A DNA stretch of 64,000 bases from NCBI GenBank assembly GCA_040830705.1, contig JBFOME010000004.1, positions 3,283-67,282 of the forward strand, in the 5' to 3' direction. The first letter of the stretch is position 1. Every line of letters starts with the position of its first letter. Shown one piece after another: positions 27,406 through 39,029 of this stretch. A program made the translations under genes and the position numbers. Source of the stretch: Paracoccaceae bacterium. GTDB lineage: Bacteria; Pseudomonadota; Alphaproteobacteria; Rhodobacterales; Rhodobacteraceae. The notes beneath the pieces were generated by a model. It searched no databases, was not told the origin of the DNA, and saw nothing but the letters and a program-made list of their open reading frames with translations.

Positions 27406-28502
27406 GACGTTCCCTCCGGTCCGGCCCAGATCGCACTGGGAATATAGACATGCCCGTCGGCCAGTTTGCGCGCTGTCCGCACAAGGCCTGCGCTGTTCAG
27501 GCCAAACCCGCCCTCGGTCGAGAAATCGGCCAATACCTCGATCGTGCCGCTTGGATGCTCCAGCACCACGCGCGCGGGGCTGGTCTCGGGGCGGGTCAGA
27601 AGACCATCCGCGACCGTACCCGGCGTCAACGCGCAAGACGCCAGACATTGCGCACCGGTGACTGCCATCGAGGGATGCGTGTTCCAGGGCATGAAATAGC
27701 GCGCGGCGACGGTACCGCCCTCTTGCGCTTGGGTCAGCAAACCGAATTTGGGCGTCACCGATTGCGAAACATCTCCCATGCCCATCTTGGCACCCGCCTT
27801 GATGCGGATCGCCTCCATCCGATCGAAGAAGGCGCGGTTGTCGTCCAGCTCTGCGGCGCTTTCATGGCCTGTCAGACCAAGAACGTCAGCGCGAGTGATG
27901 ACCATCGGCACAGCGACATCCATGCAGGTCACTTCCACCCCATCGATTTCGTCGCGCAAGTTACCGGTGGGCAGGAATGACCCTGTCGCAGCACCGACAA
28001 CACCCATAAAACTCAGCTGCACTGGTGCGGCCTGTCCAGGCACTCCGGCGATTTCCGTGGTCCCTTCATAGGCCAGTTGACCGCCGGGTGTCTGGATCCG
28101 GGCAAGCACCTGAGCACCGGTATTGACCGCGCGAATGCGCACCTCCGTTTCATCCCCCTGCGCGTCGACCAGGCCCATTTCCAGCGCCGCAGCCCCGACC
28201 CCCGACAGGATGTTGCCGCAGGTCGGTTTGAAATCGACAAGTTGATCCTCAACCGAAACCTGGGCAAAGAAATAGTCTACATCCGCCCAGTTGTCCGCGC
28301 TGCGCGATAGCATCGCCACCTTGGTCGTCACCGCCGCCCCGCCGCCGATCCCGTCGATGTTCAACGGATGGCCAGAGCCGACCACGGCGATGAGCGTTTC
28401 TGCAAGCTGGTCCAGATCCTCGGGCAGATCACTGCGTCGGAAATAGGGACCGCGAGAAGTCCCGCCACGCATGAAAACGTAAGGTATCGCGGTCTGGGTC
28501 AT
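27402..28502 (-). CDS. PrpF-family isomerase (4-oxalomesaconate tautomerase/FldA/YbhH-like)
   Basis: MRGGTSRGPYF, IDGIGGG, CGNILSGV, HPSMAVTG, HPSG, VRTARKL; start placed at 28502 (ATGA overlap). Confidence 0.87.
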   Translation of the reverse strand: MTQTAIPYVFMRGGTSRGPYFRRSDLPEDLDQLAETLIAVVGSGHPLNIDGIGGGAAVTTKVAMLSRSADNWADVDYFFAQVSVEDQLVDFKPTCGNILSGVGAAALEMGLVDAQGDETEVRIRAVNTGAQVLARIQTPGGQLAYEGTTEIAGVPGQAAPVQLSFMGVVGAATGSFLPTGNLRDEIDGVEVTCMDVAVPMVITRADVLGLTGHESAAELDDNRAFFDRMEAIRIKAGAKMGMGDVSQSVTPKFGLLTQAQEGGTVAARYFMPWNTHPSMAVTGAQCLASCALTPGTVADGLLTRPETSPARVVLEHPSGTIEVLADFSTEGGFGLNSAGLVRTARKLADGHVYIPSAIWAGPEGTS

Positions 28503-30529
28503 TTCAGCGGCCATGGCAGGTCGACCGCGCTCTGCAAGAGACCCGGCGGGAAATCGCGATTGAGAGCGCCGGCCATCAGGCACATAAACGCGATGCCCGC
28601 GGCGGTCAGGATAAGCGTCATGCGCCAGTCTGCGCCTGCCCGCACCCGGAAGAAGGTGATCAGGAAACCGATCAGCGCCAGGATGAAGCCAACAAACCAG
28701 GTTGCTGCAATCAGCCCCGCAAACCATGCCAGCGTCGACCACAGCCCATAGGGTGCATCAGCATCTTCGCCAGCGACTTCCTTGTCGGCAAAGATTACGT
28801 CGCCTTCGGGACGCCGCATCATCTGCACCAGCAGAACCGCGCAACAGGCCAGCGAGAAGCCTCCGATCACCAGCGGGATGACCTTGTCGGTCATGTTGTA
28901 GTCGGGGATCATGTTGGCATTGATCAGTGCGGTGATCAGGTAAGCCATGATGACCAGCAGGAAGACCAGCGGCGCGCGCTTGGAGCCGGATTGCACATCG
29001 CCTTCGGCCATTATGGTCTTGGCCTGCCGGATGCCCAGCACGACCGAGACCACTGTGATGATGATCAGGACAATCACGATGGGGCTGAAGATGTAGTCCA
29101 TCCCTTCCTCGAAGCTTTTACGGAACCTGAAGGACGCGATCTGAAACGCCTGATTGGTGAATTTCTCGACCGGGTTCGACAGCACGAAACCGATCAGGAA
29201 GGCCGGGCGCGACCAGTCGAAACGGCGCAGGAAAATGCCGATCAGACCGATGGTGAAGAGCGCCAGCAGATCTTCGAAATTCTGCCCCGACTGGAAGGCG
29301 GCAAAGCTGATCAGCATGAACAGGAACGGCGCCAGATAGGTGAATCGGATCGTGGTTAGTTTCGCGATGCCGCCCGAGGCCGCGATGCAAAGGATGGTAC
29401 CCACCACATTGGCCAGCGCCAGTAGCCAGACAATGGAATAGGTGATGTCGAGATTGTCCTTGAGCATGCTCGGGCCGACCTCGATTTCGCCCGATCCGAG
29501 TAGTGCCACGGCACCGATGAAAATGGCCATCGAGCCGGAGCCGGGAATGCCGAAAAGCAGCGTCGGCACCAGCCCGCCGCCTTCCTTGGCATTGTTCGAA
29601 CTTTCCGGCCCGATGATGCCGCGTACTTCGCCCTTGCCGAAATTGGACTTGTCCTTGGTGGTCTGCACTGAATGCCCATAAGCGATCCAGTCAACCACGG
29701 AACCACCAAGGCCGGGGATCACACCCACCGCCACACCGATGACGGAACAACGCACGGACAGCCAGATATTGGCGAACCAATCTTTGATGCCGTCGAACCA
29801 ACCAGCGCCAAGTGAGGCGCCCTTTGCAATGGAACGATCTTGTCGCAGCAGCGAGACAATTTCGGGCACTGCGAAGATGCCAAGCCCGACGATAACCAGC
29901 TTCAAGCCGTCGGTGAGATAAGGGATGTCATAGGTGGCCATGCGCAGGCTGCCACCCGCATCAGCCTCGCCAATCGTGCCGATCATCAGACCAAGCCCGG
30001 CCGCCGCCATCCCTTTAAGCGCGATCCGCCCGGCCAAAACGGCCACCATCGACAGACCCAGAATGGTGATCATCAGCATCTCGGGCAGGCCAAAGGCCAG
30101 CACGATGGGCCGGGCCACGAGGATGAAGACGGTCAGGAAGGTGGCGCCCACAAGCCCACCGAACAAAGAAGATGCAAACGCAGCAGACAGCGCCCGCGCA
30201 GCCTGGCCGTTCTTGGCCATCGGAAACCCATCCAGCACGGTGGCCTGCGAGGCCGAACTACCGGGGATTCCCATCAGCACCGAAGCAAACGTGTCCGATG
30301 TGGGCACAACAGCAACCATGCCGATCATCAGGGCAAGACCGTAGACCGGCTCCATCCCGAACATGAACGGTAGCAAAAGGGAAAGACCTGCAATGCCGCC
30401 GAGGCCGGGAAAGACACCAACAGCGAGCCCCATGACGACCCCAAGCACAAGGTAGCCCAGAACAACAGGTTGCAGGATCAGAGCCCAGGCATTGCCGAGC
30501 TCAGGAAGAGCCGTCGCGAGAATCTCCAT
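28499..30529 (-). CDS. tctA: Tripartite tricarboxylate transporter permease, TctA with fused C-terminal TctB-like domain
   Basis: GVFPGLG, GIPGSSASQAT, PESSNNA, LLFGIPGS; about 170 extra C-terminal TM residues ending FPPGLL. Confidence 0.9.
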   Translation of the reverse strand: MEILATALPELGNAWALILQPVVLGYLVLGVVMGLAVGVFPGLGGIAGLSLLLPFMFGMEPVYGLALMIGMVAVVPTSDTFASVLMGIPGSSASQATVLDGFPMAKNGQAARALSAAFASSLFGGLVGATFLTVFILVARPIVLAFGLPEMLMITILGLSMVAVLAGRIALKGMAAAGLGLMIGTIGEADAGGSLRMATYDIPYLTDGLKLVIVGLGIFAVPEIVSLLRQDRSIAKGASLGAGWFDGIKDWFANIWLSVRCSVIGVAVGVIPGLGGSVVDWIAYGHSVQTTKDKSNFGKGEVRGIIGPESSNNAKEGGGLVPTLLFGIPGSGSMAIFIGAVALLGSGEIEVGPSMLKDNLDITYSIVWLLALANVVGTILCIAASGGIAKLTTIRFTYLAPFLFMLISFAAFQSGQNFEDLLALFTIGLIGIFLRRFDWSRPAFLIGFVLSNPVEKFTNQAFQIASFRFRKSFEEGMDYIFSPIVIVLIIITVVSVVLGIRQAKTIMAEGDVQSGSKRAPLVFLLVIMAYLITALINANMIPDYNMTDKVIPLVIGGFSLACCAVLLVQMMRRPEGDVIFADKEVAGEDADAPYGLWSTLAWFAGLIAATWFVGFILALIGFLITFFRVRAGADWRMTLILTAAGIAFMCLMAGALNRDFPPGLLQSAVDLPWPLK

Positions 30530-30571
30530 GGGAGCCGCTTTCCGTCAGTGAGAATTGTAAATCGAAATGGT

Positions 30572-30597
30572 GGCAGCCCCGGTCAATCGAGGCTGCC
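30572..30597 (-). terminator. Hairpin between tctC and tctA
   Basis: GGCAGCC-N12-GGCTGCC just downstream of the binding-protein stop. Confidence 0.4.
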
Positions 30598-30609
30598 CAA
30601 GCCCGGCGC

Positions 30610-31698
30610 TCAGTTCAGCTCGACACCATAGGCGTCCTTGAGCCAGCCAAGAACAAACTGCTTGGCCCCGTCCTGAACGCTGGTTGCCGTTTCCAGAGCG
30701 GCCTGCGAGCCGTCGCCGACAAAGACCGGGTATTTGCCCACGCGCTTCGACGAAATCTCGGCGAAGTCAGGGCGCTCGATCACTGCCTGGAAGGCGGCAG
30801 TATACGTATCGACCACATCCTGCGGCGTGTCGCCGGGCAGGAATGCCAGCTTTTGAACCGGGAAACCGGCCACAAAGAAGGCTTTCCACGCATCCCATTG
30901 CTCGCCCGAGGTTTCGCAACCCTCGGTCGCCTCACAGACTTCCTTGAAACTTGGAATATCCGGGAAGGTCGGATCGCGCACGATGTTGCCATCTGCATCC
31001 AACGCGCCCCAGGTCATCATCGGAACGGCCTGTCCGGCCTCGACCAACGGCACCGAGCCGCCCAAATAGCCTGATGAGGTCTGATAGTCGATTGTCGCTT
31101 CGCCCCGCTCGAACATAAGGCGACCGTCGCCACGCCCCTTGATGCCAAAGACTGGCTCGACATTCATGCCCAGCATCTGCCAGGCCAGCAGCGGCACCAG
31201 ATCAAGCCGCGTCGCCCCCTGGCTGCCATAGATAAAGTTCACATCTTTCAGGTTGTTGGCTGAACCATCGAACTTGGCCCCATCATCGGCGTTCAGATAG
31301 GCAACGCCACCGGTGCCCGACGCCATGACAGGAATCCATTCCTTGTATTCATAGCGGACCCGAGGATCGTTCAGCAGATAGGGGAATTGGGTCGACCCGG
31401 ATGTTCCAAAAAGCAGCGTGCCGTCGTCATGGTTCTGCTCTTGAAACCAGTTCGCCCCCTTGGTCGAGCCCGCACCCGGCATGAATTTGACCACCACGGT
31501 CGGCTGACCCGGCAGTTCCTCGGACAAGAGCGGGGCAAAGAAATTCGCCCATTTGGCCGACCCGCCAGTTTCGGAAAATGGAATCACCCACTCGATGGTC
31601 TTGCCTGAAAAATCGACCTCGGCTGCGGCAGGTGCCGCAATCCCGGCAGCCGCGATCAGCGATATCACCGCGCGGCGCGTGAAAACAGAAACGGTCAT
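30610..31698 (-). CDS. tctC: TTT substrate-binding protein (TctC/Bug family)
   Basis: Signal peptide FTRRAVISLIAAAG, IEWVIPFSETGGS, MPGAGS; GGGAGG RBS before ATG 31698. Confidence 0.88.
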   Translation of the reverse strand: MTVSVFTRRAVISLIAAAGIAAPAAAEVDFSGKTIEWVIPFSETGGSAKWANFFAPLLSEELPGQPTVVVKFMPGAGSTKGANWFQEQNHDDGTLLFGTSGSTQFPYLLNDPRVRYEYKEWIPVMASGTGGVAYLNADDGAKFDGSANNLKDVNFIYGSQGATRLDLVPLLAWQMLGMNVEPVFGIKGRGDGRLMFERGEATIDYQTSSGYLGGSVPLVEAGQAVPMMTWGALDADGNIVRDPTFPDIPSFKEVCEATEGCETSGEQWDAWKAFFVAGFPVQKLAFLPGDTPQDVVDTYTAAFQAVIERPDFAEISSKRVGKYPVFVGDGSQAALETATSVQDGAKQFVLGWLKDAYGVELN

Positions 31699-31803
31699 TA
31701 TGTCCTCCCTGGTGACCAACAACCAGTCCGGCTCCTCCGATCCCGACTTGGCTGTTCCTGCATACGGGGTTGATTCCCCCTGCGATCTGCCAATCATGGT
31801 GTT

Positions 31804-31825
31804 CCAACCTTGCGCCAAGCTTGCG
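31804..31825. promoter_or_regulatory. 11-bp tandem direct repeat, candidate TctD (OmpR-family) binding site
   Basis: CCAACCTTGCG CCAAGCTTGCG (10/11 identical) between divergent tctC and tctD. Confidence 0.55.
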
Positions 31826-31834
31826 GGAGCTGAA

Positions 31835-32503
31835 ATGCGGATCGTCATCATCGAGGATAACGAGGCGTTGGCAAATGCCATAGCCTACCGTCTGCGTGAT
31901 CGGGGACACTCGGCGGACGTGTTGCATGATGGTCAGGAGGCCGACGCATTTCTGGCGCGCGAAGGTGCGGATCTGGTGGTGCTGGACATCAATCTGCCCG
32001 GACGATCCGGCTTCGATATCCTGCGCGCAATGCGTGACCGCGAGGACAATGCCCCGGTTATTCTGTTGACGGCGCGCTCGGAAACCAGCGACCGCGTGGC
32101 CGGTCTGGACATGGGTGCCGATGACTATCTGGTCAAACCGTTCGAGATGGACGAGTTGGAGGCGCGCATTCGTGCCCTGTCGCGCCGTAAAAGCCTGGAC
32201 TATGGCGCGCAGGAACAAATTGGCGGGCTGGAATTCGACCGAAACACGCGCGAGATAAAGGCCGAAGGCGTGGCGCTGGACGTTCCTCGCCGCGAACTGG
32301 CGGTGCTGGAATGTTTGCTGGAACGCCGCGGGCGCATCGTATCCAAGGCGCAACTAACCGATCATGTCTATGGCGTCGGGGCGGATGTGGATGATACGGC
32401 TGTCGAGCCACATGTCTCGCGCCTGCGCAAGAGACTTGGTGCTTTCGGCATTTCGATCAAGACCGCGCGCGGACTGGGATACATGCTGGAGGTCGCGGTC
32501 TGA
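31835..32503 (+). CDS. tctD: OmpR-family response regulator TctD
   Basis: MRIVIIEDN, LVVLDINLPG, GADDYLVKPF, winged helix KTARGLGY; start placed at ATG 31835. Confidence 0.88.
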   Translation: MRIVIIEDNEALANAIAYRLRDRGHSADVLHDGQEADAFLAREGADLVVLDINLPGRSGFDILRAMRDREDNAPVILLTARSETSDRVAGLDMGADDYLVKPFEMDELEARIRALSRRKSLDYGAQEQIGGLEFDRNTREIKAEGVALDVPRRELAVLECLLERRGRIVSKAQLTDHVYGVGADVDDTAVEPHVSRLRKRLGAFGISIKTARGLGYMLEVAV

Positions 32504-33864
32504 TGCGCCGCGCTTCCCTGCGGCTTCGCCTTTTTGTCCTGATCCTCAGCCCGCTGGTCGTGATGGCCGTCATATTGGGCTATTGGCGCTTTACGGTCGC
32601 CCAACGCACCGCCGAAGACCTTTTCGACCGCGGCCTATTGGCCGCCGCTCTCGCAATATCACGCGATGTGGCCGTGTCCGGCGGTGATGCCTTGTCTCCT
32701 TCGACCCGCGATTTGATACGGGACGCAGCGGGGGGAGAGGTGTTTTATCATGCCACGGGCCCCGGCGGCATCTACATCACCGGTTATGCTTACCCGCCAA
32801 AATCCTCCCGGTCGGAGGAGGCCGATTTTTACGCGCCCCACTTCTTCGAAGCGACCTATCGAGACGAGGAAGTGCGGGTGTTAAGGATCAGGGAGCGGGT
32901 GACGATCGAGAATCTGACCGGCGATGCTTCGGTCAAGGTGTGGCAACGGATCGAGGATCGACAGCTGTTTGCCCGCCAACTTGCGGTGCGCGCAGCCGCG
33001 CTGATCGGCACACTGCTTGCAACGCTTGCGCTGGTCGTCTGGTTCGGAGTGGCACGTGGTCTGCGGCCGCTGATCGATCTGCAGGATGCGATTGCGGCGC
33101 GATCACCAAATGACCTGAGCCAGATAAAGCGCCCGGTGCCTATCGAGGTGAGCGGCATTGTTCGAACGTTGAACCATCTGTTTGGCAAGGTAGAGGCCAG
33201 CATCGACGCCCATCAGGTCTTTATTTCGGACGCCGCGCATCAGCTGCGCAACCCGGCGGCTGCCGTTCAATCCATGGCCGAAGCGGTGCGCGATGCGCCC
33301 TCTGCCAAAGACAGAAACAAGCGGATATCCGAACTGGTCAACGCCGCCCGCGGTTCCGCCCGTGTCGCCGATCAGCTCTTGTCGCTCGACCGTCTGCAAC
33401 AATCCGCGATGGCACCGGATCTTGAGCCCGTCGATCTTCGAGATGTCGTTCAGGACATTTGCGCTGAGTTCGGGCCAACTATTCTCTCACGCGGGCTCGA
33501 GTTCGAATTCAACGCGCCGGATTACCCAATAAATGTATCCGGAGACCGGCTGTTTCTTACCGAAGCAATCAAGAACCTGATCGACAATGCGTTAAAGCAT
33601 GGTGGCCCTGATCTGACCCAGATCGCCGTAAACATCACGCATTCGAATGGCGACGCTATCGTTACGATCAAGGATGATGGCAAGGGCCTCAAGCCCGAGC
33701 AAAGCGAAACCGCGTTCGGCCGCTTCTCGCAGGTGGAACCCTCCGACGGCAGTGGCCTTGGGCTGGCGATTGCAATGTCGGTCGCTGAGCGACATGGCGG
33801 CAGACTGGTCATTGATCGGGTCACGAAAGGCGCGAGTATTTCGCTTCATACACCGACACTGTAG
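32503..33864 (+). CDS. tctE: Sensor histidine kinase TctE
   Basis: AEDLFDRGLLAAALAI sensor region, DAAHQLRNP (phospho-His), NLIDNALKH, DDGKG, GSGLGLAI. Confidence 0.88.
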   Translation: MRRASLRLRLFVLILSPLVVMAVILGYWRFTVAQRTAEDLFDRGLLAAALAISRDVAVSGGDALSPSTRDLIRDAAGGEVFYHATGPGGIYITGYAYPPKSSRSEEADFYAPHFFEATYRDEEVRVLRIRERVTIENLTGDASVKVWQRIEDRQLFARQLAVRAAALIGTLLATLALVVWFGVARGLRPLIDLQDAIAARSPNDLSQIKRPVPIEVSGIVRTLNHLFGKVEASIDAHQVFISDAAHQLRNPAAAVQSMAEAVRDAPSAKDRNKRISELVNAARGSARVADQLLSLDRLQQSAMAPDLEPVDLRDVVQDICAEFGPTILSRGLEFEFNAPDYPINVSGDRLFLTEAIKNLIDNALKHGGPDLTQIAVNITHSNGDAIVTIKDDGKGLKPEQSETAFGRFSQVEPSDGSGLGLAIAMSVAERHGGRLVIDRVTKGASISLHTPTL

Positions 33865-34065
33865 GGGATCGCGTGGCAAGTTTAATTCGAAAAGCCCGTC
33901 AAAAGAATCCCATAGCACTGGGTCACGCTAACAAACGGTCCAACCCCAGACAAAAAATATAGCTTGGAACTACAGCAAAAACTGAGACAGAGCGTCCATT
34001 GACCATGCGATGCAAGCACGTCCTGTCAGGTTCAGTCAGCGCATGATCGCGCGGATGTTCAGATA

Positions 34066-34094
34066 TCCCCGAAGCCGCCAACCGGCTCCGGGGA
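34066..34094 (-). terminator. Hairpin downstream of thiC
   Basis: TCCCCGAAGCC...GGCTCCGGGGA just after the thiC stop; weak U-tract. Confidence 0.4.
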
Positions 34095-34100
34095 CAAGCA

Positions 34101-36127
<2,027 letters not shown>

Positions 36128-36520
36128 AATCGCTAGCCCAGCCCGTGCAGATTTACAATGGTGTTGGTGAACAATCCGGCATCGGCCTCAGCTTGGGCCG
36201 ACACGCGGATCACATCTACTGACAACTCCAAGGAAAGACCAAATTATTGAAGATAGTCAACGATTATGGGAAAAATTCCGACTTTTAGTATCAGAAGATT
36301 GAATAATGAAAATACTTATGCAGCCGCTTGCAGCTTCTTCCGGACGCCGATTGGTCTTGCGATTGCCAAAAAAACCGTCTCGTGCTCTCGTCCGCCCGTG
36401 CTTTCTCCCACGGCGCACTGACCGGGGTCTGGGATACGTCAGACCCAGCCGTGCAAAGCCTAGTCGGTGCCGTCTATCGCACACGGATCGCGGTGATGGG
36501 CGGCGGCAGGGGAACTGGCT

Positions 36521-36868
36521 TTATCGAAGTTCATGCCACAAGGCAAAGATCGGCTCAGTCACTTGACGGTTCGCGGCCACGTGCAGACTTTTCATGGGTT
36601 CAGACCCAGCTTCGACATAGTCCCAGCAGGCCAGCGCGGCCGCATGATCGTGAAACCGCATCTCGATCAGCACCGAGACCTCTGGAAAACGCGCGTCATA
36701 GCCATCGTGATAGGCGCGTCGCCAGACCCGCCAGGACTGGAGGTAGCCGCGCTCCTTAAGATGCTCGCAATAGGGATCATATGCCGCTTTGAACGATGCA
36801 AGATCGCACCCGCTGCGAAGGTTAAATGCCCCGAACATCGCGCAGGCATCCTTATGTGGATCATTCAT
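36521..36868 (-). CDS. Hypothetical protein, possible dimeric alpha/beta-barrel
   Basis: 115-aa ORF with protein-like composition (FNL...YCEHLKERGYLQSWRVWRR...LIEMRFHD...LHVAANRQV); fold inferred only. Confidence 0.6.
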   Translation of the reverse strand: MNDPHKDACAMFGAFNLRSGCDLASFKAAYDPYCEHLKERGYLQSWRVWRRAYHDGYDARFPEVSVLIEMRFHDHAAALACWDYVEAGSEPMKSLHVAANRQVTEPIFALWHELR

Positions 36869-37115
36869 AATACCACCCCGAGATCATCAACCGCTATCCG
36901 GAAGATTAGCGCGCCATATGCGAGGGCCTTGTACCAATACGACGGAATTCCGGTCGCCCGCGCAGGTCCCGCTCCAAACAGGGTTGGCGATCAGTTGTGT
37001 TTGGACGGCTAGAAGGTTCTCCTATGTCTGCGGTGTTTCGTCCATGGGCTCGACGCGCAGTTCCAGTACACACGACAGCCAGTGGCGGCCTATCATGGGT
37101 GGTTGCCCGCCTTTA

Positions 37116-37161
37116 TTGCGACTAATTCGCAAAAGGCTTGACAGTTGCGAGTGATTTGCAT
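37116..37161 (+). promoter_or_regulatory. sitA promoter with two Mur-like boxes flanking TTGACA
   Basis: Perfect TTGCGA-N5-TCGCAA at 37116-37132, TTGACA at 37138-37143, TTGCGA-N5-TTGCAT at 37145-37161. Confidence 0.75.
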
Positions 37162-37201
37162 TTACACAAAATTGATTTATCTGCTCTGCAAGGAGATACG
37201 G

Positions 37202-38104
37202 ATGCTGACGACGCTGTTCAAAACCACTTCCGCCGCAGTATTGACCATAACCTTCGCGACAAGCGCGCAGGCGGACGACAAGATGAAGGTGGTGACCACT
37301 TTTACCGTTCTGGCCGACATGGCCTCAAACGTGGCGGGCGAGGCGGCCGAGGTCGTCTCAGTCACAAAGCCCGGCGCGGAAATTCACGGTTACGAGCCGA
37401 CGCCGCAGGATATCGTGCGCGCCTCAGATGCGGACCTGATCCTATGGAATGGTATGAATCTGGAGCTTTGGTTCGAACAGTTCCTGTCCAATCTGGGCGA
37501 TGTGCCTTCGGCCACGCTGACCGAAGGGATCGACCCGATTCCCATCGCATCGGGCAACTACGAGGGCAAGCCAAATCCCCATGCCTGGATGGGGCTCGAT
37601 AACGCGCTGGTCTATATTGACAATATCGAGCGTGCCTTTTCTCAGAACGATCCGGAAAACGCCGAAATCTATGCCGCGAACGCTGCCGCCTACAAGGATG
37701 AGCTGCGCGCGACGATTCAGCCTTTGCGTGATGCCATTGCGGCAATTCCCGAGGACCGCCGCTGGCTGGTCACCTGCGAAGGCGCGTTCAGCTATCTGGC
37801 CCGCGATTTCGGGATGAAGGAACTGTACCTTTGGCCGATGAATGCTGATCAGGTCGGAACGCCGCGTCAAGTACGGGCGGTGATCGATGGGGTGCGCGAC
37901 AATGATATACCTGTCGTGTTCTGCGAAAGCACGGTCAACACCGCTCCGGCCAAGCAGGTTGCGCGCGAAACTGGTGCAGCCTACGGCGGCGAGCTCTATG
38001 TGGATTCGCTGAGCGAGGCGGGTGGAGCGGTGCCCACCTATCTGGACCTGCTCACAGTGACCTCGGGCACGGTGGCACAAGGGTTAACCACGGCGACCAA
38101 CTGA
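37202..38104 (+). CDS. sitA: Mn/Fe ABC transporter substrate-binding protein
   Basis: AEIHGYEPTP, NPHAWM, TCEGAFSYL, LYVDSLS metal ligands; AAGGAG RBS. Confidence 0.94.
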   Translation: MLTTLFKTTSAAVLTITFATSAQADDKMKVVTTFTVLADMASNVAGEAAEVVSVTKPGAEIHGYEPTPQDIVRASDADLILWNGMNLELWFEQFLSNLGDVPSATLTEGIDPIPIASGNYEGKPNPHAWMGLDNALVYIDNIERAFSQNDPENAEIYAANAAAYKDELRATIQPLRDAIAAIPEDRRWLVTCEGAFSYLARDFGMKELYLWPMNADQVGTPRQVRAVIDGVRDNDIPVVFCESTVNTAPAKQVARETGAAYGGELYVDSLSEAGGAVPTYLDLLTVTSGTVAQGLTTATN

Positions 38105-38129
38105 AGGCCGCAAGGCAAAGGAAGGCTGA

Positions 38130-39029
38130 ATGCGGGACGACCAAGGCCCGATCCGGGATGTGAGTGACACCGGTGCATCCGGCGCTGGTATCAGCGCCCG
38201 CGATGTCACCGTCACCTATCGCAATGGCCATACCGCGCTGTGGAATGCCAGTTTCGAAATACCGCGCGGCACGGTCACCGCGCTGGTGGGCGTCAACGGC
38301 GCGGGCAAATCCACACTCTTCAAGGCAATCATGGGTTTTGTGCCTGCCGCGCAGGGCGAGATCCGCATTCTTGGCATGGCCGTGAAACAGGCGCTGGCAC
38401 AGAACCTGGTCGCCTATGTCCCGCAATCGGAGGAGGTGGATTGGGCGTTTCCCGTGCTGGTCGAAGACGTGGTGATGATGGGTCGCTACGGCCATATGGG
38501 GTTCTTGCGACGGCCCAAACAGGCTGATCACGATGCGGTCGATCAGGCCCTGCGCCGGGTCAACATGCAGGATTATCGCCACCGCCAGATCGGAGAGCTG
38601 TCCGGCGGGCAGCGCAAACGGGTCTTTCTGGCCCGCGCGCTGGCGCAGGACGGTCAGGTGATCCTGCTGGACGAACCCTTCACCGGCGTGGACGTGAAGA
38701 CTGAGGATCAGATCGTCGCACTTTTGCGCGAGTTGCGGGACGAAGGCCGGGTGATGCTGGTCTCGACCCACAATCTTGGCTCTGTCCCGGAATTCTGCGA
38801 CCGCACCGTTCTGGTCAAAGGCACCGTGCTGGGCTACGGCCCGACCGAAACCACCTTCACCCGCGAGAACCTCGAACAGGCCTTTGGCGGCGTGCTGCGC
38901 CACTTCACGCTGGGCGGCGACACGCTGCATGACGATGAAGATGCGCGGCAGGTTACCATCCTGTCCGACGATGAACGCCCCTTTGTGCAATATGGCGACA
39001 AAACCCAGCGCACGGAGCGGCAGGAATGA
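38130..39029 (+). CDS. sitB: Mn/Fe ABC transporter ATP-binding protein
   Basis: [35 protein letters not shown]. Confidence 0.94.
   Translation: MRDDQGPIRDVSDTGASGAGISARDVTVTYRNGHTALWNASFEIPRGTVTALVGVNGAGKSTLFKAIMGFVPAAQGEIRILGMAVKQALAQNLVAYVPQSEEVDWAFPVLVEDVVMMGRYGHMGFLRRPKQADHDAVDQALRRVNMQDYRHRQIGELSGGQRKRVFLARALAQDGQVILLDEPFTGVDVKTEDQIVALLRELRDEGRVMLVSTHNLGSVPEFCDRTVLVKGTVLGYGPTETTFTRENLEQAFGGVLRHFTLGGDTLHDDEDARQVTILSDDERPFVQYGDKTQRTERQE

Noticed and set aside
31427-32353. 308-aa minus-strand ORF, and the many other long overlapping ORFs (e.g. 41061-42017, 51042-51986, 56500-57387)
   Set aside because: Antisense or out-of-frame shadows of motif-supported genes in high-GC DNA; no recognisable motifs.
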